A stretch of 64,000 nt of DNA from Camelus ferus (taxonomy: Eukaryota), in NCBI RefSeq assembly GCF_009834535.1, contig NC_045697.1:53074001-53138000 (forward strand). The letters are read 5' to 3'. The position numbers were made by a program, and so were the translations under genes. The notes under the pieces were generated by a model. It searched no databases. It was not told where the DNA came from and was given only the letters and a program-made list of their open reading frames with translations. Positions 48,533-61,347 of the stretch are shown here, piece by piece; position 1 is the stretch's first letter, and each line of letters opens with the position of its first letter.

Positions 48533-51500
48533 TAGTCTAAATCTTCCAATCAAAAGACATAGAGTGGCTGATTGGATAATAGAACAAAAGCCTACAATAT
48601 GCTGCCTGTAAGACTCACTTTAGGGCAAAGGACACACATAGATTGAAATTGAGGGGGTAGAAAAAGATATTTCACTCAAACGGAAATGACAAGAAAGTGG
48701 GGGTAGCAATACTCATGTGAGAAAAAACAGACTTTAAAACAAAGGCCATACAATGGAATAAAGACAGTCTCTTCAGCAAATGGTGTTGGGAAAACTGGAC
48801 AGCAGCATGTAAAACAATGAAGCTAGAACACTCCCTTACACCATACACAAAAATAAACTAAAAATGGATCAAAGACTGAAACATAAGACAAGGTACAGTA
48901 AACCTCCTAGAAGAAAATATAGGCAAAACATTATCTGACATACATCTCAAAAATGTTCTCCTAGGACAGTCTACCCAAGCAATAGAAATAAAAGCAAGAA
49001 TAAGCAAATAGGACCTAATTAAACTTACAAGCTTCTGCACTGTAAAGGAAACTATAAGTAAAACAAAACAACAACCTATGGAATATGAGAAAATTTTTGC
49101 AAATGAAACCAACAAAGGCTTGATCTCCAGAATATATAAGCAGCTCATACGACTTAATAAGAAAAAAAAAATCCAATCCAAAAATGGACAGAAGACCTAA
49201 ACAAGCAATTCTCCAAGGAAGAAATACAAATGATCAATAGGCATATGAAAAAAATGCTCAGTATCACTAATTATCAGAGAAATGCAAATCAAAACTACAA
49301 TGTGGTATCACCTCACATCAGTCAGAATGGCCATGATTCAAAAGTCCACAAATGACAAATGCTGGAGAGGCTGTGGAGAAAAGGGAACCCTCCTACACTG
49401 CTGGTGGGAATGCAGTTTGGTGCAGTCACTATGGAAAACAGTATGGCGATTCCTCAAAAGATTAGGAATAGACTTACCATATGACCCAGGAATCCCACTC
49501 CTGGGCATATATCCAGAAGGAACCCTACTTCAAAAAGATACCTGCACCCCAATGTTCATAGCAGCACTATTTACAATAGCCAAGAGATGGAAACAGCCTA
49601 AATGTCCATCAACAGATGACTGGATAAAGAAGATGTGGTATATTTATACAATGGAATACTATTCAGCCATAAAAACTGACAACATAATGCCATTTGCAGC
49701 AACATGGATGTTCCTGGAATGTCATTCTAAGTGAGGTAAGCCAGAAAGAGAAAGAAAAATACCATATGAGATCACTCATATGTGAAATCTAAAAAAAGCA
49801 AAACATAACTACAAAACAGAAACAGACTCATAGACATAGAATACAAACTTGTGGTTGCCAAGGTGGTGGGGGGGTGGGAAGGGACAGACTGGGATTTCAA
49901 AATTTAGAATAGATAAGATTATATTGTATAGCACAGGGAAATATATACAAGATCTTATGGTAGCTCACAGTGAAAAAAAAATGTGACAATGAATATATAT
50001 ATGTTCATGTGTAACTGAAAAATTGTACCCTGCACTGGAATTTGACACAACATTGTAAAATGACTATAACTCAATAAAAAACGTTAAAAAAAATAAAACA
50101 AAGGACATAAAGAAAGATAAAGAGGATGCTATATAACGATAGAAGGAGCAGTGCAAGAAGAGGATATTACATTTATTAACATACATGAACCCAATATAGA
50201 GTACCTAAATACATAAAACAAATACAAACAGACATAAAGGGAGAAATTGATGGGAATACGATAGTAGTAGGAGACTTTAACAACCCACTGACATCATTGG
50301 ACAGGTCTTCCAGACTGAAAATCAATAAGGCAATGGAAATACTAAGTGACACACTAAAACAGTTAGACTTAATGGATATTTTTAGGACATTACATACAAA
50401 AAAAATGAGAATACACATTCTTCTCAAGTGCACATGGAACATTTTCTAGGATAGGCCACACACTAGGACACAAAATAAGCCTCAACAAATTTAAGAGGTT
50501 AGAAATTATTTGAAGCATCTTTTCTGACCACAAGAGCATTAAATTAGAAATCAACCACAGAAAGAGAAACAAGAAATAAATGACTGAATGGAGACTAAAC
50601 AACATGCTACTAAAAAACCAATGGCTGAATGATGAAATCACAGAGGAAATTAAAAAAATCCTTTGAGACAAATGACAATGAAAACACAATGACACAAAAT
50701 CTGTAGGCTGCAGAAAAAGCAGTCCTAAGAGGGATGTTCATAGTGATACAGGCCTTCCTCAAAAAATAAGAACAATCTCAAATAAACAACTTAAGGTACC
50801 ACTAAAAGAATTAGAAAAAGAACAAACAAAACCTAAAGTCAGCAGAAGGAAAGAAATAATAAAGATTGGAGAGAGCAAATAAATAGAACAGAGATTAAAA
50901 AAGAATAGAAAAAACAGTAAAACCAAGAGCTGGTTTTATGAAAGGGTAAACAAAATTGACAAACCTCTGGCTAGGCTCTCCAAGAAGAAAAAAAGGGAGG
51001 ACTCAAATAAACAAAATAAGAAAGGAAAGAGGAGAAATAATAACCATACCACAGAAATACAAAAAACCATAAGAGAGTACTATAAACAATTACATGCCAA
51101 CAAATTGGATGACCTACAAGAAATGGACACATTTCTAGAAACATAAAAGTCTACCAAAACTTAAGAAGAAATAGACAATTTGAACAGACTGAGCACTAGA
51201 AGTGAAATAATATCAGTAAAAAAAAACCTCCCTGCAAACAAAATTCCAGGACCAGATGGCTTCTCTGGGGAATTGTACTAAACATATAAAGAAGAGCTTA
51301 CACTTGTCCTTCTCAAACTCTTCCAAAAGATTGAAAAGCAGGGAACACTCACAAAGTCATTCCATAAAGCCACTATCACCCTGATACCAAAACCAGACAA
51401 AGACACTACCAAAAAGGAAAATTACATGCCAACATCTTTGATGAATCTAAATGCAAAAATTCATAACAAAATATTAGCAAACAGAATCCTACAACATATA

Positions 51501-52660
51501 AGTAAGATCATACATTACAATAAATTTGGAATCATCCCAGGGAAACAAGGATGGTTCAACATACATGAATCAATGTGATCCACGACATCAACAAAAGAAA
51601 GGACAGAAATCACATGATAATCTCAATAGATGCAGAAAAAGCATTTGATAAAATTCAACATCCACTCACGATAAAAACTCTTACCAAAGTGGGTATATAG
51701 GGAACCTATGTCAGTATAACATCAAATTTATGACAAATCCACAGCCAAGATAATACTTAACAGTGAAAAGTTAAAAGCCTTCCCACTAAAATCTGAAATA
51801 AGATACGGGTGCCGACTCTGACCACTTATATTCAACATATTATTGGAAGTCCTAGCAATAGCAATAAGATACGGATAAGAAATAAAAGGTATCTAAATTG
51901 GAAGAGAAGAGGTAAAACAGTCATTATATGCAGATAACCTGATACTATATATAGAAAAGCCCAAAGACTCCACACAGAAACTACTAGAACCGATAAATGA
52001 ATTTAGCAAGGTAGAAGGATACCAGATTCACATATAGAAACTCGTTGCATATCTTTACACTAACAATTAAATATTGGAAGGGGAAATTAAAAAAAAAATC
52101 CCTTTTAAAATTGCATCAAAAAGTACTTAGGAATAAACTTGACCAAGGAGGTGAAAGACTTACACATTGAAAACTATAGAACATTGATAAAGGAAACTGA
52201 AGATGATTCAAAGAAATGAAAAGGTATCCCATGCTCTTGGATTGGAAGAATTAATATTCATAAAATGGCCGTACTACCCAAAGCAATCTACGGATTTAAT
52301 GTGATCCCTATCAAAGTACCCAGGACTTTTTCACAGAACTAGAATAAATAATCCTAAAATTTATGTGGAACCACAAATGACCCAGAATGGCCAAAGCAAC
52401 CCTGAGGAAAAAGAACAAAGCTAGAGGCATAACCCTTCCAGACTTCAGACAATACTACAAATCTACAGCAATCAAAACAGCACGATATTGGCACAAAAAC
52501 AGACATATGTATCAATAGAAAAGAATAGAGAGCCCAGAAATAAACCCACACACCTATGGTCAATTAATTTTTGACAAAGGAGGCCATAATATACAATGGA
52601 GAAATGACAGTCTCTTCAGCAAGTGGTATTGGGAAAACTGGACAGCTGCATGTAAATCAC
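48533..52660 (+). mobile_element. Defective L1 ORF2 (endonuclease plus reverse transcriptase), host of a nested insertion and 3'-truncated
   Basis: Endonuclease sequence at 48533-48750 resumes at 50110. RT motifs 'ccaggaccagatggcttc' (PGPDGF), 'tcaatagatgcagaaaaagcatttgataaaattcaacatcc' ([14 protein letters not shown]) and 'ttatatgcagataac' (LYADN). Many stops and frameshifts. Confidence 0.92.
48751..50094 (+). mobile_element. Younger 5'-truncated L1 nested in the older L1
   Basis: ORF2 C-terminus (ORF 49282-49734, [18 protein letters not shown]), 3' UTR and A-rich tail, flanked by TSD aaaacaaagg[c/a]cata (48736-48750 and 50095-50109). Confidence 0.92.
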
Positions 52661-55354
52661 TTGGGATAAGAGGAATAGGTATATACATGTTGTCTTCTTT
52701 GTATCGTTACTTCATCTTAGCTCAAGGTATAATTTTATTTTCATCTACAAGATACTTGAAATTTTAGTTTGCATATTCTTGAAGTTGAGTGATTGCTACT
52801 TGCTCTAGGGCTGCTCACCGTGAAAGGAGAGGCAGTAAGCAAAATGGACTGGTTGCAGTAGTGGCAGGGGTAGCCTGTCCAGACAGCATAGATTTGTGAT
52901 CTACCTCTGCAATTTCATTGACCTAAGGGTGGGAGCAGAGAGAGTAGACAGTGGGAGTAGACACAACATAAAAGTCAAAATAGGAATGTTAGAAATGGTA
53001 AGTATTATGTAAAGAATATGGATGTGGAGTTGTATCTGCTTGAGTTGAAACCTGGCTCTGCTACTGTGATGCTTGTTCTTAGCCAAGTTATTTTATTTCT
53101 CTGAGCTGCACCTGAAGAAGGAAAATACTAATACATTTTTTTAGAATAGTTGATATATATAAAATCTTTATCTATCTGTCTACCAATTGTCTAGCTATAT
53201 TGGTAGAACTGTGTATAAGTGTGTGTATATATATAAAATCTGTATCATTTGTCTATCAACTATCCATGTATATTTGTTCACCTTTCAATATCTGTACTTT
53301 GCATAGTAATTTTCAAGCCTGTAATAGATTTACATCACTTGGTAGTTATTAAATATTGTAGTCAATTTATTGTTAACTTGAAAATATTTAGTGAGTATGA
53401 GGTATAACTATTTGGTATTTTTCAATAGTAGAAACCAGGCAGAAAATGGAAACATGTGAACTCCAAATGGTACTCAGATACTGAGAAGTCAGCAGGACTC
53501 TAGGAGCCTAGTGAGACTGAGGAGGATATTTAATAAAGGGAGGGGAAGTGCAATTTAGAAGATAGAAAACAGTCAGAGAAGAAGGTTCTAGAATATCAAA
53601 TTTGAGATGAAGGAAATTAGCAGGATGTCTGTATTTAAGGGTGTGGTCTTCTGGTGATTAGCTTAAGTGATGTTGGTGGGTCATGGAAAGTGATGTGGTC
53701 AGAAGCTAGGAAACTAGTAACCAATTGTGGTGAAACAAGGGTCTAACATGGTGCAGGATGGGATAGGGCAGTGCAGGGCGGAAAAATGGAGCAAGGTCTA
53801 AAACTGGCTTTCAAAGATGCATACATGTTCTAGAGGCTGGTTTATGGCTTTATGAGGAGATGGAGGTGATACAAAACTTTTAAGAGGAGTAATTTTTCAA
53901 TGAAGGCAGTCATATAAGGATCTGACTGTGGCTGAGGGCATCAAGCAAAATTTCCTGGAGGCATATACTTTATAGAGAGTGGGATAAAGATTATTTTTAT
54001 TAAAAAAGTTGCATGTATGCTGTTGTGAGGGAACTTCCAGGTTTAGTTAGCTCATAATTCAAGGGAGAACCCAAGGCAGAGGGAAGCATGCTTGTAACAG
54101 AATAGAGACTCTATTAAGACGGTGGAAGGGGCTGACTCAATATAATATAGACAGTGATCTGCTACCTATTGACCCTATTCCTTCTTTCAAAATTTTCTTT
54201 TGTACTGGCCAGTGTTCCAGTCAAGAAAAGACGGCATCTTTCAAGTAGAAAGGGGATCTGTAGAGGTAACTATGTGCTTACGAAGTGCTGGAAAGAATGA
54301 TTGAAGAAATGGAAGTTAGGGGTCTTCCATTGTCTATTGGTCTTAGGATTGGATGGTTATAGTAATAGTTGTGAGTCAAAGTGCAAAGCTGTTTCTGCCA
54401 CTCCACTGCAGGCAGAATTCCTCATATGCATGAAGCAGTAGTGATGCTTTAAACACATCGGTCTGATCTTGCTTGCTAGTAGCCAAAGCAGCCAGAAGAT
54501 GGCTTCTGCCCAACTTCTGCCTTCTAATTCCCATGTTAATGTATCCTACTGGATTGAATCCAGTCACATTCAGACTACTAGCTGTGTCTTGGAAATATAA
54601 TTTTTAATTTTTTCTGTTCTGACATATAAGAAGTGCATATAAATTATTGGGAATTGAAGACAAATGGCAATACAGCATATTAAATACACTCTTCAAGTTC
54701 TTACGTCTTTTTTTGTTATCTAGCTTAGATTATATAGTTCACTCCTGTAATCTTTTCCTTGTATACTCTCGTAGACCATGTCCATGCTCAGTAACCTTGG
54801 TTAGTCTTGATGACATATGAAGAAAAAAAGTATGAAAAACAAGCTACCTATCTGGCTCACACAAAATTCCTTAAAAGTCCATATAGTGGAACTTTCAGTG
54901 TGATGCACCCCTTCCCTGTTTAAAATGTTCAAAGGTCAGTTCTGGGTTCTGTGATCTGGTGGATTCTTCAGTCTATCTTGGCTGTTGTGATGCTCTTAAA
55001 TTTGGGTATTCCTACATGAGGAAGAGGGGAAGTACCAGGGAGCCACACAACTCACTCGTATCACATTTTCTTGATCTCTGCATATCATTTTCCTGCTTGT
55101 TTATATGTCTGATAATAAAAAATGAAATTATACTTAGCCAAGTCTGAGTTGTCATTAAATTCACTTTGTAAACTTGCAGCAGCCTTTGTGATGTGGCTTA
55201 GCTCATGTACAACTACAACTTTGTGAGTAGCTCCTCTTCCCCATCTAGCTCTGTCTTTCCCTCCTGGCAAAACTGGGCTCCTGGTTACACTCAGTCTTCC
55301 CACTTGTCCTGCTCTTGCATATATCCTGCCTACTCAGAGTCTCTACCTAGAAGT

Positions 55355-55835
55355 TGTGGTAGGCAAATTTCTAAGGATCTTCCCCTCATGATTTCCATCC
55401 CCTGGTTACTTAATCAAACTCTAATCTAGGTAGTATTGTAAAGGGACTTTCCAGTTATTACTAAACTATAGGTCTTTAAAAAGAGAAATTATCCTGAATC
55501 ATTTTGGTAGGCCCACTCTAATCACTTGAGCTCTTCAAAGTAGATATATTTCTCTGGCTGGAGGCAGAGTGATGCAGGAGAAGAAGAATGAGGCAAAAGA
55601 CATGTGTGGGAGAGATGAATGAGTCTTGAAACAGATTCTCTCCAGAGCCTCCACAAAGGAATACAGCCTTGCTGATACCTTGATCTTAGCCTTGTGAGAC
55701 TCTAAGCAGAGGAACGATCCTGAGCCTTGAAGTTGTATGGACTTCTGATGTATAGAACTGTGACATAATGCATTTGCACTGTTTCAAGATGCTAAGTTTG
55801 TGGTGACATGTTATGGCAGTAATAAAAATAATACA
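55355..55835 (+). mobile_element. MaLR MLT1-type LTR
   Basis: 'tgtggtaggcaaatttctaag...aacagattctctccagagcctcca...gctgataccttgatcttagccttgtgagactctaagcagagga...gctaagtttgtggt'. Confidence 0.8.
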
Positions 55836-55844
55836 GAAGTTAAA

Positions 55845-56750
55845 AAGAGACCTCAAACTTAATATATCCATTTCAGCAACTTAGGATGTTCCAAATCCTT
55901 AAACCTTGATTCTTCTTGAGTCTTTCCAGTCACCAAATGACATCATTATTCACACACTTACTTGGGCCTATAATATCAGAGTTATTTCTAGATTTTTTTC
56001 TTTAAAAACCACACCCAACACTGATCAAATACTTTTGGATATTTTTTAGCTATTTCTATATCTGACCCCTTCTCCCCGTCTCCACTGATCCCTGCCTAGT
56101 CTAAGCCACCACCTCTATCACTAGATTTCTTGAAATAGCCTCTATTCATGGCCTCCTAAACAGTATGGTATTCATAGAGCAGCCACAGAGATGAAGCTTT
56201 GAAAATGTCAATCAGATAACGTTATTCCCCTATTTAAAGCTCCAAGGACCTCCCATCACATTTAGAATGAAACTCAAATCCTATGTCCTTGATGTGATCT
56301 GTCTCTGGCTTCTTGGTATCATCTCCTTTCTTACTAAGACTTAGACACATTAATATCCTTCTGGTCCTGCTGCACACAGAATGCACTGCTGCTTCAGGTC
56401 CTTCCATTTTTGATTACTTCTGCCTTCATTGTTCTTTCAGCAGATCTTTTAATACTTTATTTCTTAACATCCTTCAAGTCATTGCTTAAATATCACTTCA
56501 TCAGAGATTCTCCATGGTTTTCCCCAATAAAACAGTCAATCACCACTTCTTTTTATCTCATTACCCTTCTTATTATTTTTCAAAGTGCTTCTCACTCCTT
56601 AAATTACATTTACAAATGTCTTCTTTGTTTTTTCTTTTTGTCACATTAGAATGTAAGCTTCATGAAGGCAATGACTTTGACTGCCTTCATATTGCTGAGT
56701 GCTAGTTACTAGAATAGTCCCTGTATCATGGCAGATTCTCAACATGCATC
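55845..56750 (+). mobile_element. Degenerate L2 LINE fragment
   Basis: L2 3'-region motifs ending 'ttagaatgtaagcttcatgaaggcaatgactttg...agaatagtccctgtatcatggcagattctcaa'. Confidence 0.6.
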
Positions 56751-57509
56751 TGTGAAAGTAGAGAGAACACTAAACATATGTAAACAGAGTTAGGTTTACT
56801 TTAGGTATCTTTGAGAAGTTTTGATTCATAAGTATTTGGTGACAATGTGGGTAGTTAAGTGTCCTTAGAGAAAATGCAGTTTATACTTTGATAGAAACAT
56901 ATGAAAAGATACAGTTCTCCAGATATAATGAGGCCACATTGGTCATAATACTTCTGCTTAAAATCTTACCTAATGGTAGGAAGCGATGGAAACTTGGAAC
57001 TCTTAGCCAATCAGCCTTTTACTGTTGTTGTTTGAAACCATCATTTTGTTTGGAAAATGATTTTTTAATATGAAATTCCAAGATTTGTGCCTCATTTAAC
57101 CTCATTTAGATATTTAGATTTGCTAGGAAGGTGTTTCTGCTCTGGAATTGAACAGACCATGTGAAAGTTTGTAAGTAATTATCAGGTGGTACTGAGGAAG
57201 TTGTCAGGGGGCGTTTTGTGGGGAGAACTGATTATTTAATGTTATCATCTGTTAACATGTATTTTGTGTTTTGTAATTGTGTGATGGGTTGCAGTACTCA
57301 AGAAGGCACCCGTGTTGTCTGCTCTTCCAGCTTCATCACCCTAAGCTGCAAGTCCAGGTATCTCATTGTATGTTTCCCTAATTACCTCTTTGGCCTCATG
57401 GTACAAGGTCAGGTTTCTGGCATCACTAATATTCATTTGGGTGACATAAGTAGGGACAAACCAGTGGCTCTCATGATGACACTGGAGGTTTCATATCATT
57501 GCTCAAAGC

Positions 57510-57515
57510 TTTATT
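57510..57515 (-). terminator. Polyadenylation signal of the SMR3-like gene
   Basis: AATAAA about 93 nt after the stop codon. Confidence 0.7.
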
Positions 57516-57607
57516 TTCACATTGTTGGCATAATGTTCACGTATGTTGTTTTACAATTTCTTTCTAAGATTTTTTTTCTCCACAAATCTCAGAGATTTTG
57601 GAATATC

Positions 57608-58198
57608 TCATGCTTGTCTGAAAAAGGAAAGAAATATATCTAAAAATTTCTGAAACGTTGAATTTTGGGTAGTAGAAGATATAGTTGTGGGGTTGGTGGA
57701 GTCCGTTTTGGTGGTAGTGGGGTCGATTGCGTTTGTGGTGGGGTCTGTTTTGGCAGTAGTGGGGTCGATTGCGTTTGTGGTGGGGTCTGTTTTGGCAGTA
57801 GTGGGGTCGATTGCGTTTGTGGTGGAGCCCATTTCAGCAGTAGTGGGGTCGATTGCGTTTGTGGTGGAGTCCGTTTCGGCAGTAGTGGGGTCGATTGTGT
57901 TTGTGGTGGAGCCTGTTTCGGCAGTGGTGGGGTCGATTGTGTTTGTGGCGGTGGGTTCTTGTGTGGTTGTAGGGGAGTCCTTTGTTGTAGTTGTTTTTAT
58001 TTGGGATATAGGTGGACGTAAGGGAGGATAAAGTGGAGGGTATCCTGGGAACAGTGGAGGTCTAGGTGGATAAGGTCTCGGTTGGAAAGGTAGATATGGA
58101 AAACCTGGAAAAAAAGGAGGGGGTAGAACAAGTCCTGGGACAGGAGGAACAGGTGGCGGTGGTCTGCGTTGCCTGTGGCCCCTTTGACTCTCACCAGA
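57608..58198 (-). CDS. SMR3-like (submaxillary gland androgen-regulated protein 3 family) mucinised protein, last coding exon (196 aa + stop)
   Basis: Acceptor ttttcttctttttgtcctcatag|TCT GGT GAG AGT CAA AGG GGC. Manually translated open frame SGESQRGHRQRRPPPPVPPVPGLVLPPPFFPGFPYLPFQPRPYPPRPPLFPGYPPLYPPLRPPISQIKTTTTKDSPTTTQEPTA-(14-aa repeat x6)-NPTTISSTTQNSTFQKFLDIFLSFFRQA*. Compare human SMR3A PGESQRGPR...QPRPYPPGPPFFP. Confidence 0.88.
   Translation of the reverse strand, partial: SGESQRGHRQRRPPPPVPPVPGLVLPPPFFPGFPYLPFQPRPYPPRPPLFPGYPPLYPPLRPPISQIKTTTTKDSPTTTQEPTATNTIDPTTAETGSTTNTIDPTTAETDSTTNAIDPTTAEMGSTTNAIDPTTAKTDPTTNAIDPTTAKTDPTTNAIDPTTTKTDSTNPTTISSTTQNSTFQKFLDIFLSFFRQA
57695..57946 (-). 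repeat. 42-bp coding tandem repeat x6 (TN[AT]IDPTT[AT][EK][TM][DG][SP]T)
   Basis: Six consecutive near-identical units containing ACAAAC(G/A)CAATCGACCCCAC. Confidence 0.95.
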
Positions 58199-58269
58199 CT
58201 ATGAGGACAAAAAGAAGAAAACAGTTTTAAATTAGATATTTCAGTGTCAAGCATAAGAATGTATACTTT

Positions 58270-58752
58270 ATGTGCTAGGCAGAATTCTAAGGTGGCTCCC
58301 AAAGGTCCTGCTTCCTGCTGGCACATGCTGACCTGATTTACTTGGTGATCCCTTTTAAAACAGGTCCTACAAGTCAGAGACAGAAAAGGTCAGAGACACT
58401 TGAATGCTCTTCTGTTGGCTTTGAAGCAAAGTGACATGTTGAGGAGAGGATGATTTGGAAGTAAATGGTAGATGGGCAGTGAGAGCTGGGAGTGGTCCAT
58501 GGTTCACAGCCAGCAGTGTCCTACTAAGAGGAGACTGAATTCTCTAACAACTATGCAAGCTTGAAAGAGGACCCTGAGCTCCAGGATGGAACATAATCCT
58601 GGCAACACCTTCTGGGCCTTCTGAGCCTTCTGAAACCCTGATCAAGAATCTAGCCAAGGGCAGAGTCTGACCAAAGAACTGGCAAGAAAATAAATGCACT
58701 TTTAAAACGCATAATTTGTGGTAACTTGTTAAGCAGCGATAGAAAACTACTA
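58270..58752 (+). mobile_element. MaLR MLT1-type LTR in intron 2 of the SMR3-like gene
   Basis: 'tgtgctaggcagaattctaaggtggctccc...gactgaattctctaacaac...gaggaccctgagctccag...aatttgtggtaacttgttaagcagcgatagaaaactac'. Confidence 0.75.
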
Positions 58753-61293
58753 CATGTGTCTAAAGTCTCTATCAGAGAAAAGGTGGTGTTTCTCTTTTGC
58801 CCAGAGATTGTCTAGGATCTCAATGAAAGCTGAAATAATATTGAATGGAGAAAAAGAAAGATTGTGGGTAAAACCATGCCCTTCACTTACAGTAGAATGT
58901 GTCCTTGCAATCAATTCCAAATGGGAAAAATGTCTCTTTATATCGCACCCAAGAGTTCATGATTAGTCCAGGTTTTGAACACTAATATAGTGTGAAACAC
59001 ATTATTGAGTGTCTGCTTTGTGCAGTACGTGTGGGGATACACTCATGCCTTTTGTGAGTCTACACAACAAGCAGCTACAATACAAGGCAGTACAAAAATG
59101 GCCCACAGGGAGTTTCCCGCCTGGGTCTGAACTCTGCTTCTGCGAGTTAGAGATTGTGTCAATGCAGAATCCTTTTGAGACTCTCTTTCCTTATCTGAAA
59201 AATGACGTTCCTAAAAGTACTCACCTCCTGGGATCATTGTCAGATTCATTGTGAAATATTTCCAGTCAAGTGTTTGTGTGGTGTTTGGCTCGGGTATGGT
59301 GCTCAAGAAATGTTACCTACTACTCGTTTGTTATGTGAACACCTCATATAGAGTTTGCAATTTTTGGAAATACAACTTTTGGAAAAAATAGTTGAAAGAT
59401 AGTGCAGGAAACATACATTAGAGATTTAGATTGATTAATTTTCAAGAGAATACAGATTAATGATTATCTCACTGAGAAAGCAGCCTTTGGAAGGAGGCTT
59501 AAATAATATAAAATGGGGAGAGGGCGTGCCAAGTGGAGGGAAAATATGTGAATGCTCCAGAGTAAGAAGGCACAGGTCCTGCTCTACAAGGGGTTCATAT
59601 CAGGCACACAACTGCATCCCTTCTTGCTGTCCTCTGGCCCATCTCCTCTTGGTTTTTCTGTTACTTCACCTTTGATAATTCCTAACTTTATGATGACTCT
59701 GAATCATCTGGCTCATTGATACCAATTTGTAAGTTCTTGAACAATGCTGGCAGATCTCACAACCATTATCTCACAAGCATATCTCACAAAGTTATGGTCC
59801 TTCAGGGCTGCCCAACAATTCATTCAAGAATCTTAGATTGGCTGTACCTCATTTTTGAGAGGCTGATGGTTTTCCAAGTTGATGCCAATTTTATAAAGTT
59901 CTCTAGCTCTCCTCAACCTTCATCTACCTGGCCAACATGACTTTCTTCCTACTTCTCTAAAATAATGCAAACAATTAGAAATGAACTCCACCAATTTACT
60001 AGGCACACAATCATATAGTCACTGATACCTAGATACCTCCTTCTCCTTCATAGGTGTTTTCTTAGGGCTCTGTCAGTTTTCCCTTTTCCTTTCTGAACTT
60101 CAAGATGTGCCTTCTCACCTGGCTTGTTTTCCTCAGGAAACAACTACCATTTATGTTCAATTTACTTTCTTAAAAAAGGTCCACTTTCAACCATGCCTTC
60201 CCTTGTTGTTATCACTCTCTCTTCACCTCTTTCTTTTATACAAAGCTCTCTGAAAAGGTATTCTAGGTTTGCTAACTCCACTTCTTAACTTCCATTCACT
60301 CTTCAGACTGGCTTCTTCCCAACATGCCATTAAAACTCTTTTATTGCCATTACCAAGGAAGCAGTAAAATGCCCAGGCACTTCCAGAAACCAGTTCTCAT
60401 GTTTGTGCTCTCTAGCTAGTGATAGTTTATTGGATTTTGGAGGGCATTTGACCCAAGGGCTGACAGTGCAAAGGCTAATTAGGAAGTTTGCAGAGTTCAG
60501 GACTTGATTTGCAACTGGCAAGAAAACAAATCCTTATTGTGGGAAAATATCTCACATCATTTTCATTGTTGAGACAAAGAATTAGGTAAAAATACCCTTT
60601 CTCAGAAAAATGCTATATGATATCGCTTACATGTGGAATCTAAAAATAAAAGACACAGATGATGAACTACTTATAATTATAACTTAGATGATTTATTTCT
60701 TGAATATGTGTAAGCACATTTGACTGTCCTTTATGATTGGATTGCTGCATTCTGTTGATTCTTACTTTGTGATTGGCTTTATTCCTTTGATAACTATGTA
60801 AATTTAAAAAGCTAAAGCTCTAAACTGTTGTTAGAAACAATGAACAGTACATATATGCAAGCTTTAAAATGGTTTTATCTCTCAATGAGTTGCTCTTCCT
60901 AGAATAAACTGTGTTTACCCCCCTCAAAAGTAAAATAAAATAAAATGTGCTTCTTTATTAAAAAATAAATAGATTAAAGTTAAAAAAAGTACCTTTTCTC
61001 CTAAGGATAACCTACTTGTGAAATTGCTAATGTATGGGGACCCACATTTATACATGTCTGTGTAAAGCAGTCTGATATTACAGACTTAAACTTTCCAAAG
61101 TACTAGCTGTGAGCCATGTGTTGCTATTTAAATTAAATTAGGTTTAAAATTTGTAGGTGAATTAAGACAGTAGACAGTGTTTCATCAATGATTGATAGCT
61201 ACTAATATATAGGAGAGGGTTATATCATCGATGGAAAAATAAATCTGAAGTAATAGTTGAGAAATATATGAAGATATGAGTAATGAGACTTAC

Positions 61294-61347
61294 CGAGAAA
61301 CACATTACAAGAGCCAAAAGGCCCAAGGTCCAGCACAATGGTTTCAT
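61294..61347 (-). CDS. Signal-peptide exon of the SMR3-like gene (MKPLCWTLGLLALVMCFS); whole exon 61294-61361
   Basis: Acceptor cttcctttcag|GGG, ATG at 61347, donor TCG|gtaagt; 54 nt, phase 0. Human SMR3A/B signal is MKSLTWILGLWALAACFT. Confidence 0.92.

Noticed and set aside
49282..49734. 150-aa ORF as a host gene
   Set aside because: It is the L1 ORF2 C-terminal Cys-rich region of a 5'-truncated element.
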